Shown piece after piece: positions 48,550-56,913 of a stretch of DNA of 64,000 bases. The DNA comes from a virus (taxonomy: Duplodnaviria > Heunggongvirae > Uroviricota > Caudoviricetes), in the IMG/VR virus record IMGVR_UViG_3300033076_000838, positions 47,836 through 111,835 of that record; one strand, given 5' to 3'. How positions within the stretch are numbered: the first letter of the stretch is position 1; the number at the start of each line of letters is the position of its first letter. The notes beneath the pieces were generated by a model, which ran no database searches, was not told the DNA's origin, and saw only the letters and a list, made by a program, of their open reading frames with translations. The position numbers and the translations under genes were made by a program.

Positions 48550-48864
48550 ATGGGTACATTAGTATTAGTAGTGGTAGCATTAGCAGCAGTTGGTGGAATC
48601 ACTTATTTCTTACAAAAAGGTGGGAAAATTGAAGACAAAAACAACAACAATATTCCAGACGTAGTTGAAGAAAAAATCGAAGAAATCAAAGAACAAACAA
48701 AAGTAGTAAAAGCTAAGGCTAAAAAACTTACTGATGATGTTACTAAGGCTGTTAAAGTTGTTGAGAAAACGACTAAAAAAGTTGCAGTAGAAGCAGAGAA
48801 AATTTCTGCAAAACCAAAAACTAAAAAACCAACAACAGCTGCAAAGAAAACAGCTAAGAAGTAA
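48550..48864 (+). CDS. N-anchored membrane protein with Lys-rich tail
   Basis: N-terminal TM; 'DKNNNNIPD'; 'KPKTKKPTTAAKKTAKK'. Confidence 0.65.
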   Translation: MGTLVLVVVALAAVGGITYFLQKGGKIEDKNNNNIPDVVEEKIEEIKEQTKVVKAKAKKLTDDVTKAVKVVEKTTKKVAVEAEKISAKPKTKKPTTAAKKTAKK

Positions 48865-48873
48865 GGAGAATTA

Positions 48874-49752
48874 ATGAGTTTAAAATCCATTATTACGGAA
48901 GCAATATTAGTTGATAATATGTTTGATATTGAATCAGAAATGATGTCAATAAAAGAATCTATTATGGAACAATTAGTATTAGAAGGTGTTGATGACCCCG
49001 GTGTCCTAAAATGTGTATTTATGGCAGGAGGACCAGGTAGTGGTAAATCTTACATAGCAAAAGAAATTTTTGGTGTAAGTTCCAAAACCTTAGCATCAGT
49101 TTCTGCAGGTGGATTAAAATTAGTAAATTCAGATTCTGCGTTTGAAGCTCAATTAAAAAAGAATGGTATTAATCCAAAGGATTTGGCTAAAATTGAAAAA
49201 GAAGACCCAGCCCTTTGGAAAGCAATTACCGAAGACCCTAACGGAATCCGTAATACCGCAAAAGCTATAACTAATCAACAACAATCATTTTATGAGGCAG
49301 GTAGATTAGGTATGATTATTGATGGTACTGGTGATGAGGTTTCCAAAATTAAAAAGAAAAAAGACCATGCTGAGGATTTAGGATACGATTGTTATATGGT
49401 ATTCGTAAATACTTCGTTGGAAGTTGCGTTAAAAAGAAATGCAGAAAGAGATAGAACATTACCTGATGATTTGGTAAAACAAATTTGGAAGGATTGTCAA
49501 AATAACTTAGGTGCATTTCAAGGTATGTTTGGAGCAAATTTCATTATTGTTGATAATAGTAGTTACAACAAAAATGTTTACACGTTTACGAATAAGAAAA
49601 CCGGTAAGGTTTCTACATCTGATAAACCAATTGCATCCAATATTCAAAAATCTATTGACCAATTTCTACGAAAACCTATTTACAACCCAATAGGAAAAAA
49701 GTGGATGTTGAATGCGAGAGCATTGAAATCCGCAGGGTTAGTTAAAAAATAA
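48874..49752 (+). CDS. P-loop kinase (zeta-toxin/PNK-like) with capsid-targeting-like N-terminus
   Basis: 'FMAGGPGSGKS', 'VNSD', 'IIDGTG', 'ALKRNAERDR' lid; leader 'MSLKSIITE...LVLE'. Confidence 0.75.
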   Translation: MSLKSIITEAILVDNMFDIESEMMSIKESIMEQLVLEGVDDPGVLKCVFMAGGPGSGKSYIAKEIFGVSSKTLASVSAGGLKLVNSDSAFEAQLKKNGINPKDLAKIEKEDPALWKAITEDPNGIRNTAKAITNQQQSFYEAGRLGMIIDGTGDEVSKIKKKKDHAEDLGYDCYMVFVNTSLEVALKRNAERDRTLPDDLVKQIWKDCQNNLGAFQGMFGANFIIVDNSSYNKNVYTFTNKKTGKVSTSDKPIASNIQKSIDQFLRKPIYNPIGKKWMLNARALKSAGLVKK

Positions 49753-49880
49753 TGGCAAAAGCAAAAGGTTCAGCACAATCACAAAAAGTAACATTTGGAA
49801 AACGTAAGGGTGGTAAACACGCTAAAACTACTAACAAACATGATAGAAAAGAAAAGAACTATCGTGGGCAAGGTAGATAA
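49752..49880 (+). CDS. 42 aa basic peptide ending YRGQGR (not in ORF track)
   Basis: MAKAKGSAQSQKVTFGKRKGGKHAKTTNKHDRKEKNYRGQGR; ATG overlaps the upstream stop. Confidence 0.7.
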   Translation: MAKAKGSAQSQKVTFGKRKGGKHAKTTNKHDRKEKNYRGQGR

Positions 49881-49892
49881 ATTTGATTAATT

Positions 49893-51098
49893 TTGGTTAC
49901 AACTATTGTAGTAGAAAATAGACTTGATTTTTTATTTGTATATAGGTTATTAAAACCATATGTAAGTAAAATATTTGTAGATAGTTTACAACATTCAGAA
50001 CCTTATAGGTTTTTTGCATGTGTTGATTCTATTACATTTGATGTGTATATAACAAACGAAATAAATCATTTTGTAGAAACGAATCCATTAAAATTACCAA
50101 CATTAGAATCTACAATATTTATTACATATATAGATGGTTCAATTGATGGATGGGATAAATTCAATCGTCTAAAACAACAAGGATTCGGTAAAATAATATC
50201 ATTAGAAAGTGATGGTGAAATATACCATCATTCTAAATCCAAAGTAAAATGTATGGATTTAGGATTACAAATTCTAACATCCAATTTAGATTCAATAACT
50301 CATTCACCTGAATTAATTAAAGAACAATTTAATACGAATATCGATATTGAAACTCGTTCTCATCCAAATTTTATTAAAAACGCATATTCAGGGTTTCTCC
50401 GCTATCAATCATTAATTCATTTAGAAGAACGTTGGTATTCTAAGAAAGATAAAATAGCACATAACTTTGATATAACATTTTATCATAGAGATGGTTATAA
50501 GGGTTGGCGAGATATAGTTTCCAAATATCTATTAGCAAATTCAGAACATCTTAATGTAAAAAAAATAAGTGATTTAAAACATCTAAGTGTATTGGAATAT
50601 GATATAACTGAATCGGATACATTAGATAGTAATGATAGAATTTTTTTGAATCTAAATAAAGTAAATTTACACAACACTTATTTTAATGATATGTATGATT
50701 CCAAATTACATATCACTTTTGAAACCTGTTTAGAAGAACCAGAAGTATTCATAACCGAAAAAACGTTTAAAGAATATTATTATGGGTTTCCATTTTATAA
50801 TTGTTGCTCATATACTATGACAAAGGAATTGGAACGTTTGGGATTCTTTTCATATGATATGTTACAACAAAGTAATTTAGAGAATTTTGAAAAAAACCAC
50901 AATCTTATTTATGAATTACAACAAGATTGTATTACACGTTTTAAACAATTTGTAGATACATATATTGTAACATCTAAGATAGATGAATTGTGGGAAACAC
51001 ATAGAGATAAATTTCAAAACAATATCAGTAATTTATATCATTTAATTAGTGAAAAAAACGAACATAGAATGGAACTGATAAATAAATTATTTATATGA
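49893..51098 (+). CDS. Hypothetical protein, TEK-motif family (TTG start uncertain)
   Basis: 'LHITFET...ITEKTFKEYYYGFPF...LERLGF'. Confidence 0.5.
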   Translation: MVTTIVVENRLDFLFVYRLLKPYVSKIFVDSLQHSEPYRFFACVDSITFDVYITNEINHFVETNPLKLPTLESTIFITYIDGSIDGWDKFNRLKQQGFGKIISLESDGEIYHHSKSKVKCMDLGLQILTSNLDSITHSPELIKEQFNTNIDIETRSHPNFIKNAYSGFLRYQSLIHLEERWYSKKDKIAHNFDITFYHRDGYKGWRDIVSKYLLANSEHLNVKKISDLKHLSVLEYDITESDTLDSNDRIFLNLNKVNLHNTYFNDMYDSKLHITFETCLEEPEVFITEKTFKEYYYGFPFYNCCSYTMTKELERLGFFSYDMLQQSNLENFEKNHNLIYELQQDCITRFKQFVDTYIVTSKIDELWETHRDKFQNNISNLYHLISEKNEHRMELINKLFI

Positions 51099-51973
51099 GA
51101 GGTATAATATTTGCAGGGTGTTCTTTCACATGGGGAGAGGGTTTAGAATTATATTCTAACTATCCCACAATCCGCTATGAATACTATAAACAAGAACATA
51201 AAGGATATTATTTTCCAGAAGCTGTGATGTATCAAAAACCCGGCCACGTTAAGTTTATAGAAGCAAATAGATTCTCTAGAAAAGTTGCACAACATTTTAA
51301 TACTTTTGATTTAGTATATCATAAAAATGGTGGTAGTTTATCTACAATGCGTAAATTTATAGCATCATCACTCCTTGAATATGATGGAGATATTGAATAT
51401 ATTGTATTACAATTTACGGAGGTTTTAAGAGATGTATATATTCATGACAATTGTTTAGATTCTTGTTGTAATATTTCCGTTAGAGAAATTTTAAATGACA
51501 GAGTTAGTTATGAATGTAAAGAAATTTCATTAAATGAATATTCTAAATATAAATCATATGAATTGTATAATAAATTCTTTGGTGATAAAACTCCATTAGA
51601 TATTGATGCAGAATATTCTACAAAAGAAATAATAAAAACTTTAAAATATTTAAAAAATATTAGTGAAACTACTGATATTAAAATAAAATTATTAGGTAGT
51701 TGGGTAGGTGATATTCAAAAATATGAAAATATAAAGAATATAGATTTGGAATTATACAATTTCTATAAACAAAATATAATCCCAATAGAAACAAAAAATA
51801 AAACATACGAAACTATATTTTCAGCATATAATTCAGAATCAGAATATAGAATAGCAACTGATTTACCTTGGTCCAATAATGACCATCCAAGTTTATCATT
51901 TCATAGAGTATTAACTAATTCTATAATTAAAAGTATAGAAAATGATACTAAAATAAAAAATAATTATATTTAA
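51095..51973 (+). CDS. SGNH/GDSL-hydrolase-like protein
   Basis: 'AGCSFTWGEG', C-terminal 'NDHPSLSFH'. Confidence 0.55.
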   Translation: MRGIIFAGCSFTWGEGLELYSNYPTIRYEYYKQEHKGYYFPEAVMYQKPGHVKFIEANRFSRKVAQHFNTFDLVYHKNGGSLSTMRKFIASSLLEYDGDIEYIVLQFTEVLRDVYIHDNCLDSCCNISVREILNDRVSYECKEISLNEYSKYKSYELYNKFFGDKTPLDIDAEYSTKEIIKTLKYLKNISETTDIKIKLLGSWVGDIQKYENIKNIDLELYNFYKQNIIPIETKNKTYETIFSAYNSESEYRIATDLPWSNNDHPSLSFHRVLTNSIIKSIENDTKIKNNYI

Positions 51974-52005
51974 CTTTAAAATAAAAAAAGAGAGAATATT
52001 TTATT

Positions 52006-52167
52006 ATGGATGATTTAACAACATTAATAGGAAAATTTTGTAATATTTTAGAAGATGCAATTGAAGAAGAAAATTGGCGTGATGTCAAAATTGTATTGAA
52101 AGAAATGGATGCATTATATGAGGATTTAGAAAGAAGGTCAAGTGGTTTTGACACCGATGATTATTAA
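52006..52167 (+). CDS. 53 aa acidic hypothetical protein (not in ORF track)
   Basis: MDDLTTLIGKFCNILEDAIEEENW...DTDDY. Confidence 0.55.
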   Translation: MDDLTTLIGKFCNILEDAIEEENWRDVKIVLKEMDALYEDLERRSSGFDTDDY

Positions 52168-52177
52168 AAAATAAGTT

Positions 52178-52354
52178 ATGACTTATATTACAAAACATCT
52201 CCCAACACTTGAGGAGTTGAAAAAGGAGTTAGAACAAACTCCAAACAATATTCAATTATATGCAAAATATGAAGGCTTTGATGGTTCATCGGAAGCAATA
52301 GATTATATTGATATAAAACTACAAGAATATTATAAATCCAAAAAGAATGATTAA
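52178..52354 (+). CDS. 58 aa hypothetical protein (not in ORF track)
   Basis: MTYITKHLPTLEELKKELE...KKND; overlaps the MTase start. Confidence 0.55.
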   Translation: MTYITKHLPTLEELKKELEQTPNNIQLYAKYEGFDGSSEAIDYIDIKLQEYYKSKKND

Positions 52355-53672
52355 ACCTTTCTCTATTTTAGATACTCGTACAAAAGAGTGGCAAGATAGA
52401 AAGAGATGGTGGATTAATACCTACGGAATAAAATCCGAATTAGGTAGGGAACAAACTATTTCTAAAAGTAAATTTTGGGATACGGAAGAAACTGTCTCCA
52501 TATTTGATGCAACGTTATGTGAAACGATGTACGATTGGTTTTGTCCAAAGGGTGGTAAAGTATTAGACCCATTTGCAGGTGGTAGTGTTAGAGGTATTGT
52601 TGCTGAGGAAATGGGATACAACTATACTGGTATTGATATATCCAAAAAACAAATAGAAGCAAACCGATTACAATCTCAAAAACCTAATTGGATAGTTGGT
52701 GATAGTAGTGAGGTATTGGAAACCTTAGAGGATGAATCATATGATTTTATATTCACCTGCCCACCTTATTATGATTTAGAGGTATATTCAAATGATAAAG
52801 GTGATTTATCCAATATGAATGATGAAGAGTTTGATTATAACTACGCAAACATATTAACCGATTGTTATGATAAACTAAAAGATAATCGTTTCTTTTGCAT
52901 AGTTTTATCAGAGGTAAGGGAGGTTTCTAAAACTGGTCATTACAAAATTGGTAAATATAGAAATCTAATTGCAAAAACTATATTAGGTTGCGAGGAAATT
53001 GGGTTTGAATTCTATAATGATATGATTCTATTCAATTCACAACATCAAGCATCTCGTATATCTAAAACATACTTTGAACGTAATAGAAAGATTGCATCAG
53101 TACATCAGAATGTATTAGTCTTTGTAAAGGGAAACCCTGATATTGCAACGGAAGATATAATGTGGAATGGCGAGTATAAATGTGTAGTGGATGGAATTCG
53201 ATATAAATCATTTAGAGAAGCAGCAATATCCATTGACCCGAATGAGTTAGTTGCAACGGAGGTGGAACGTAGATGTAAATCCACTAAATCAAAATATAAA
53301 GATTGGCAAATAGTAGGAGCGGAAACTAAACCACAAATTAAGTATGAGATAGATGGTATTCCATTTGAAACTCCTAAACAAATAGCAGAATTAATTGGTG
53401 GAGATTTTACTGAAAATCGTGCACGTAATTTTATAGAATCTAATAATCCTAAATATCGTCATTGGAAACGAGTAGAGGGTATTGATATTACTTATGATGA
53501 AATGGAATCGATGTGGGGAAATAATATTAGAATAGAAATACCAGTAATCAAATGTGATGGAGTGGAATTCTATTCTATATTAGATGCTGCTAACTATTTT
53601 GGTTGTTCTGATGAACGAATTCGTCAGAAATTGAAATCTGATAAATACCCAGAGTTTAGGTATTTAGATTAA
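52347..53672 (+). CDS. Amino-DNA methyltransferase (N4C/N6A) fused to three NUMOD1-like DNA-binding repeats
   Basis: Motif I 'LDPFAGG', motif IV 'TCPPYY'; C-terminal 'DGIRYKSFREAA', 'DGIPFETPKQIAE', 'DGVEFYSILDAANYFG'. Confidence 0.8.
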   Translation: MIKPFSILDTRTKEWQDRKRWWINTYGIKSELGREQTISKSKFWDTEETVSIFDATLCETMYDWFCPKGGKVLDPFAGGSVRGIVAEEMGYNYTGIDISKKQIEANRLQSQKPNWIVGDSSEVLETLEDESYDFIFTCPPYYDLEVYSNDKGDLSNMNDEEFDYNYANILTDCYDKLKDNRFFCIVLSEVREVSKTGHYKIGKYRNLIAKTILGCEEIGFEFYNDMILFNSQHQASRISKTYFERNRKIASVHQNVLVFVKGNPDIATEDIMWNGEYKCVVDGIRYKSFREAAISIDPNELVATEVERRCKSTKSKYKDWQIVGAETKPQIKYEIDGIPFETPKQIAELIGGDFTENRARNFIESNNPKYRHWKRVEGIDITYDEMESMWGNNIRIEIPVIKCDGVEFYSILDAANYFGCSDERIRQKLKSDKYPEFRYLD

Positions 53673-53794
53673 TCTAACTTTAATGGTTCTTTGTGTTCTC
53701 TTTGCTTTCTAAAACCATAATCTTTTGTAGTTTTAGAAAGTGTGGCTCCAAATGAGCCACACACTAATAAGATTGCTATAAATAAATTTAACAT
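53669..53794 (-). CDS. 41 aa signal/TM-bearing micro-protein (not in ORF track)
   Basis: MLNLFIAILLVCGSFGATLSKTTKDYGFRKQREHKEPLKLD; begins 11 nt after the upstream minus-strand stop. Confidence 0.5.
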   Translation of the reverse strand: MLNLFIAILLVCGSFGATLSKTTKDYGFRKQREHKEPLKLD

Positions 53795-53805
53795 ATTTTT
53801 GTTGA

Positions 53806-54120
53806 TTAAAGACTAACTAATTCTCTTTTAATTTCAGTAAAAATTTTGAATGTTTTTGTAGAAACTACTTCTCTTTTTTCGTTTTTCACTTCAATACGAT
53901 ATTCTCCATCTGCTAAACCATCTAATGTAAATAATTTTTTAGATACGAAATATTCCGTATGAATCAACTCCCCATTTGAATTATAAATGTTTGTTGTCAA
54001 TTTTGTATTTGGTGATTCTACGATAAACTTAAACTTTCCAACTGAATGGATTGAAACAGGCGATGCAGCGTTTACATTTAGGGCTGCCACTAACAAAATT
54101 GATGTGATAATTGTTTTCAT
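53806..54120 (-). CDS. Secreted T9SS-CTD-like / Ig-like small protein
   Basis: Signal peptide; 'TNIYNSNGELI...LDGLADGEYRIEV...KTFKI'. Confidence 0.65.
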   Translation of the reverse strand: MKTIITSILLVAALNVNAASPVSIHSVGKFKFIVESPNTKLTTNIYNSNGELIHTEYFVSKKLFTLDGLADGEYRIEVKNEKREVVSTKTFKIFTEIKRELVSL

Positions 54121-54284
54121 ACGTTTGATAAAATTGTATTTTTTTGTTTAATATATAACTTTTTTATTATATATATCGGAAAAATCCCAAAAAACTAATA
54201 AAAATAGGATTTTCCTAATAAGTTGATGAAAGTTCTTTTTTTTGTCCTATTATCTAATTGTTAAGAAAAATAATGGGTAAAATA

Positions 54285-54318
54285 TTTGGTAGTTTCAATA
54301 ATTATTCGTATATTAGCT
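54285..54318 (+). promoter_or_regulatory. Variant promoter TTTG-N20-TAnnTTAG(CT)
   Basis: TTTG 54285-54288, TATATTAG 54309-54316. Confidence 0.7.
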
Positions 54319-54334
54319 GTATAAAATGAGAGAT

Positions 54335-54472
54335 ATGAAAAAACAACCCCTTCCCAAGCACAGACAGTTAATGATTGAATCTTTAGAACTACTTTTTAGT
54401 GGTAAAAAATCAGAATCCAAAAAGGTCCTTAAAAAAGCCAAAAAAGAAACTGATAAATTTTATTCAAAATAA
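54335..54472 (+). CDS. 45 aa basic micro-protein (not in ORF track)
   Basis: MKKQPLPKHRQLMIESLELLFSGKKSESKKVLKKAKKETDKFYSK, between tandem promoters. Confidence 0.55.
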   Translation: MKKQPLPKHRQLMIESLELLFSGKKSESKKVLKKAKKETDKFYSK

Positions 54473-54483
54473 TGGGTAAAATA

Positions 54484-54517
54484 TTTGGTAATATCGGAAA
54501 GTATTCGTATATTAGCT
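54484..54517 (+). promoter_or_regulatory. Variant promoter TTTG-N20-TAnnTTAG(CT)
   Basis: TTTG 54484-54487, TATATTAG 54508-54515. Confidence 0.7.
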
Positions 54518-54550
54518 ATGTAATAATTGATAATGATAAACTCTAAAAAT

Positions 54551-56653
54551 ATGACAAAAACACACTCCTCTTATTGGATGACAGATTGGGATGATACATC
54601 GGTCGTTTTTAATACTATGAACGATTCTGAACGTAAATCCTATGACGTTTATAAACTGGCTGCTTCTAAAAGAGCTATTTCAAACTTTGTGAATATAGTA
54701 ACCAACTCACAAATTCCGGTTCGATTCTCTGAAAAAGGTAATTCTTACACCGATGGTGAAAATGTGGTTATTGGTTCTAACATTACCGAACCCAAAGATT
54801 TTGACATCGCAGTAGGTTTGGCACTTCACGAAGGTTCTCACATCAAATTATCTGATTTCAAATTACTACATAAATTAGATACTTTAATTCCACAATATCT
54901 TAAAGATTCAGCGATTAAGAAAGGTATTCTTAATCCGATTTCTACAATCAAAGATATTTGGAACTATGTAGAGGACAGACGAATTGACTGGTACATATTC
55001 AGTCAGGCACCCGGTTATCGTGAATATTACCGAGCAATGTACGATAAGTACTTTAATGACCCTTTAATTGATAAGGGCTTGAAATCAGATGAATATACTG
55101 ATGAGACAATCGAAGCTTATATGTTTCGTATCATCAACTTACACAACTCCAATACTGATTTAACTAAGTTAGGTGGTCTTCGTAAGATTTATTCACTTAT
55201 TGGATTGGGTAATATCGCTCGATTACAAAACACACAAGATACATTAGACATCGCAATGTTAGTGTTTGAAGAAATTCTTAACCACTTACCTCCTGCTCCA
55301 CAAGGACAACCACAACAATCACAAAATGGGCAAGGTCAATCCTCTGATGGTGAAGAAGGTGATAATGGTGGTTCTGGTTCACAAGGTAATTCTGAAATGG
55401 GTGAAGATGAAGGTGATAATGGTAATGATGGCGATGGTGAATCGGATGAAGATGGTGAATCAGAAATGACAGGTGATATGGAAGAGGATTCTATGGGTGG
55501 TTCTTCGATGAGTATGAGTAATCCAGCAGATGGTGGTAAACCTTCTACTGATGATGGTAAAACTAAGAAGAGTTCATCAGGTACGATGTCAGACACTCAA
55601 AAGAAATTGTTAGATAAGAAAATCGAAAAACAAAAAGATTTCGTACGAGGTAAGATTAATAAGAAAGGTATGAGTAAACGAGAGTTACAAGACCTTAACG
55701 CAGTTGAAGAATCTGGTACTGAAATGGAATCCGTAGGTGGTGATGTTCCAACTGGTTGGGGGAATCCTCAACGTGGTACGGAATGTATCGTTGTTAAGAA
55801 ATTGACAGATTCACTTATGAATTCAGATTTATTCCCACTTACTTACATCGATTACAAATCTAAACAATTTATCCCACATTATTCAAAGGAAATCACTGAT
55901 GGTATTCGAATCGGTACTTTGTTAGGTAAGAAATTACAGGTACGTGGTGAATCGAGAACTACAATCTTCAATCGCCAAAAGAATGGTCGAATTGACAAAC
56001 GTATGATTTCTTCATTAGGTTTTGGTAACGAAAACGTGTTCCAATATTTAGAAACCGATTCTTACTCAAAAGCCAACCTACACGTTTCATTAGATGCATC
56101 TGGTTCGATGAGTGGTATTAAATGGAAACAAACTCTAACAAACGTAACAGCGTTGTGTAAAGCGGTTGATATGATTTCCAATTTATCAATTCAGGTTTCA
56201 ATCAGAACTACTGACAATAATGGTAAACCTTACGTGGTGATTGCTTACGATTCTCGTACTGATAAGTTTAGTAAAGTTAAGAAATTTTTCCCTGGTCTTA
56301 ACGCTAGTGGTACTACACCGGAAGGTTTATGTTTCGAAGCGATTATGAAGACCTTAGTTCCTTCAACAAATGATACGGATTCTTATTTCTTAAACATCTC
56401 CGATGGTGAACCTTATTTCTCTGGTAGAAACTTTCAGTATCAAGGTGAACCTGCTTTCAACCACACTGCTAAGATGGTTAAACAAATTGAGGGTATGGGA
56501 ATTAAGACACTTTCTTACTTTGTTGAAGAGTATGGTAGAGGTGAGGTAAGTCGTGGATTTCGCAAGATGTATGGTAAAGGTGCCCATGCAATCGATGTGA
56601 CAAACGTTTCCCAAATCACTAAGACAATGAATAATTTATTCCTTTCAAAATAA
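54551..56653 (+). CDS. CobT-like VWA-domain protein with N-terminal HExxH
   Basis: 'LALHEGSH'; acidic Gly/Asp/Glu linker; MIDAS 'LDASGSM', 'GTTPE', 'ISDGEP'; start reassigned to ATG 54551. Confidence 0.85.
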   Translation: MTKTHSSYWMTDWDDTSVVFNTMNDSERKSYDVYKLAASKRAISNFVNIVTNSQIPVRFSEKGNSYTDGENVVIGSNITEPKDFDIAVGLALHEGSHIKLSDFKLLHKLDTLIPQYLKDSAIKKGILNPISTIKDIWNYVEDRRIDWYIFSQAPGYREYYRAMYDKYFNDPLIDKGLKSDEYTDETIEAYMFRIINLHNSNTDLTKLGGLRKIYSLIGLGNIARLQNTQDTLDIAMLVFEEILNHLPPAPQGQPQQSQNGQGQSSDGEEGDNGGSGSQGNSEMGEDEGDNGNDGDGESDEDGESEMTGDMEEDSMGGSSMSMSNPADGGKPSTDDGKTKKSSSGTMSDTQKKLLDKKIEKQKDFVRGKINKKGMSKRELQDLNAVEESGTEMESVGGDVPTGWGNPQRGTECIVVKKLTDSLMNSDLFPLTYIDYKSKQFIPHYSKEITDGIRIGTLLGKKLQVRGESRTTIFNRQKNGRIDKRMISSLGFGNENVFQYLETDSYSKANLHVSLDASGSMSGIKWKQTLTNVTALCKAVDMISNLSIQVSIRTTDNNGKPYVVIAYDSRTDKFSKVKKFFPGLNASGTTPEGLCFEAIMKTLVPSTNDTDSYFLNISDGEPYFSGRNFQYQGEPAFNHTAKMVKQIEGMGIKTLSYFVEEYGRGEVSRGFRKMYGKGAHAIDVTNVSQITKTMNNLFLSK

Positions 56654-56658
56654 ATCAT

Positions 56659-56686
56659 AAGCCGTTGAAAATCAACGGCTTTTTTA
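56659..56686 (+). terminator. Intrinsic terminator
   Basis: AAGCCGTTGA-AAA-TCAACGGCTT then T tract. Confidence 0.9.
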
Positions 56687-56707
56687 TTGAAAAAAAGTGA
56701 TAAAATA

Positions 56708-56741
56708 TTTGGATATATCAGCAAAAATGTGTAGTTTAGCT
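56708..56741 (+). promoter_or_regulatory. Variant promoter TTTG-N20-TAnnTTAG(CT)
   Basis: TTTG 56708-56711, TAGTTTAG 56732-56739. Confidence 0.65.
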
Positions 56742-56758
56742 GTATAAGATTGAGAGAT

Positions 56759-56824
56759 ATGAAATATATGATTTTTGATTCCCTGATGTTAGTTTTTCGA
56801 GTTCTAAAAATGTTAGGATATTAG
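56759..56824 (+). CDS. 21 aa hydrophobic micro-ORF (not in ORF track)
   Basis: MKYMIFDSLMLVFRVLKMLGY; same leader GAGAGATATGAAA as the ORF at 54335. Confidence 0.4.
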   Translation: MKYMIFDSLMLVFRVLKMLGY

Positions 56825-56843
56825 AAAAAAAACATCAAAAATA

Positions 56844-56877
56844 TTTGGAAATGTGAAATAAATTTCCTAGATTAGCT
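56844..56877 (+). promoter_or_regulatory. Variant promoter TTTG-N20-TAnnTTAG(CT)
   Basis: TTTG 56844-56847, TAGATTAG 56868-56875. Confidence 0.65.
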
Positions 56878-56913
56878 AAGTAATAATTGATAACAATAAA
56901 ACATAAAAAAATT

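Larger units (their letters stand above)
54267..54490 (+). repeat. 25-nt exact direct repeat AAAATAATGGGTAAAATATTTGGTA
   Basis: Copies at 54267-54291 and 54466-54490, each containing a promoter -33 box. Confidence 0.9.
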
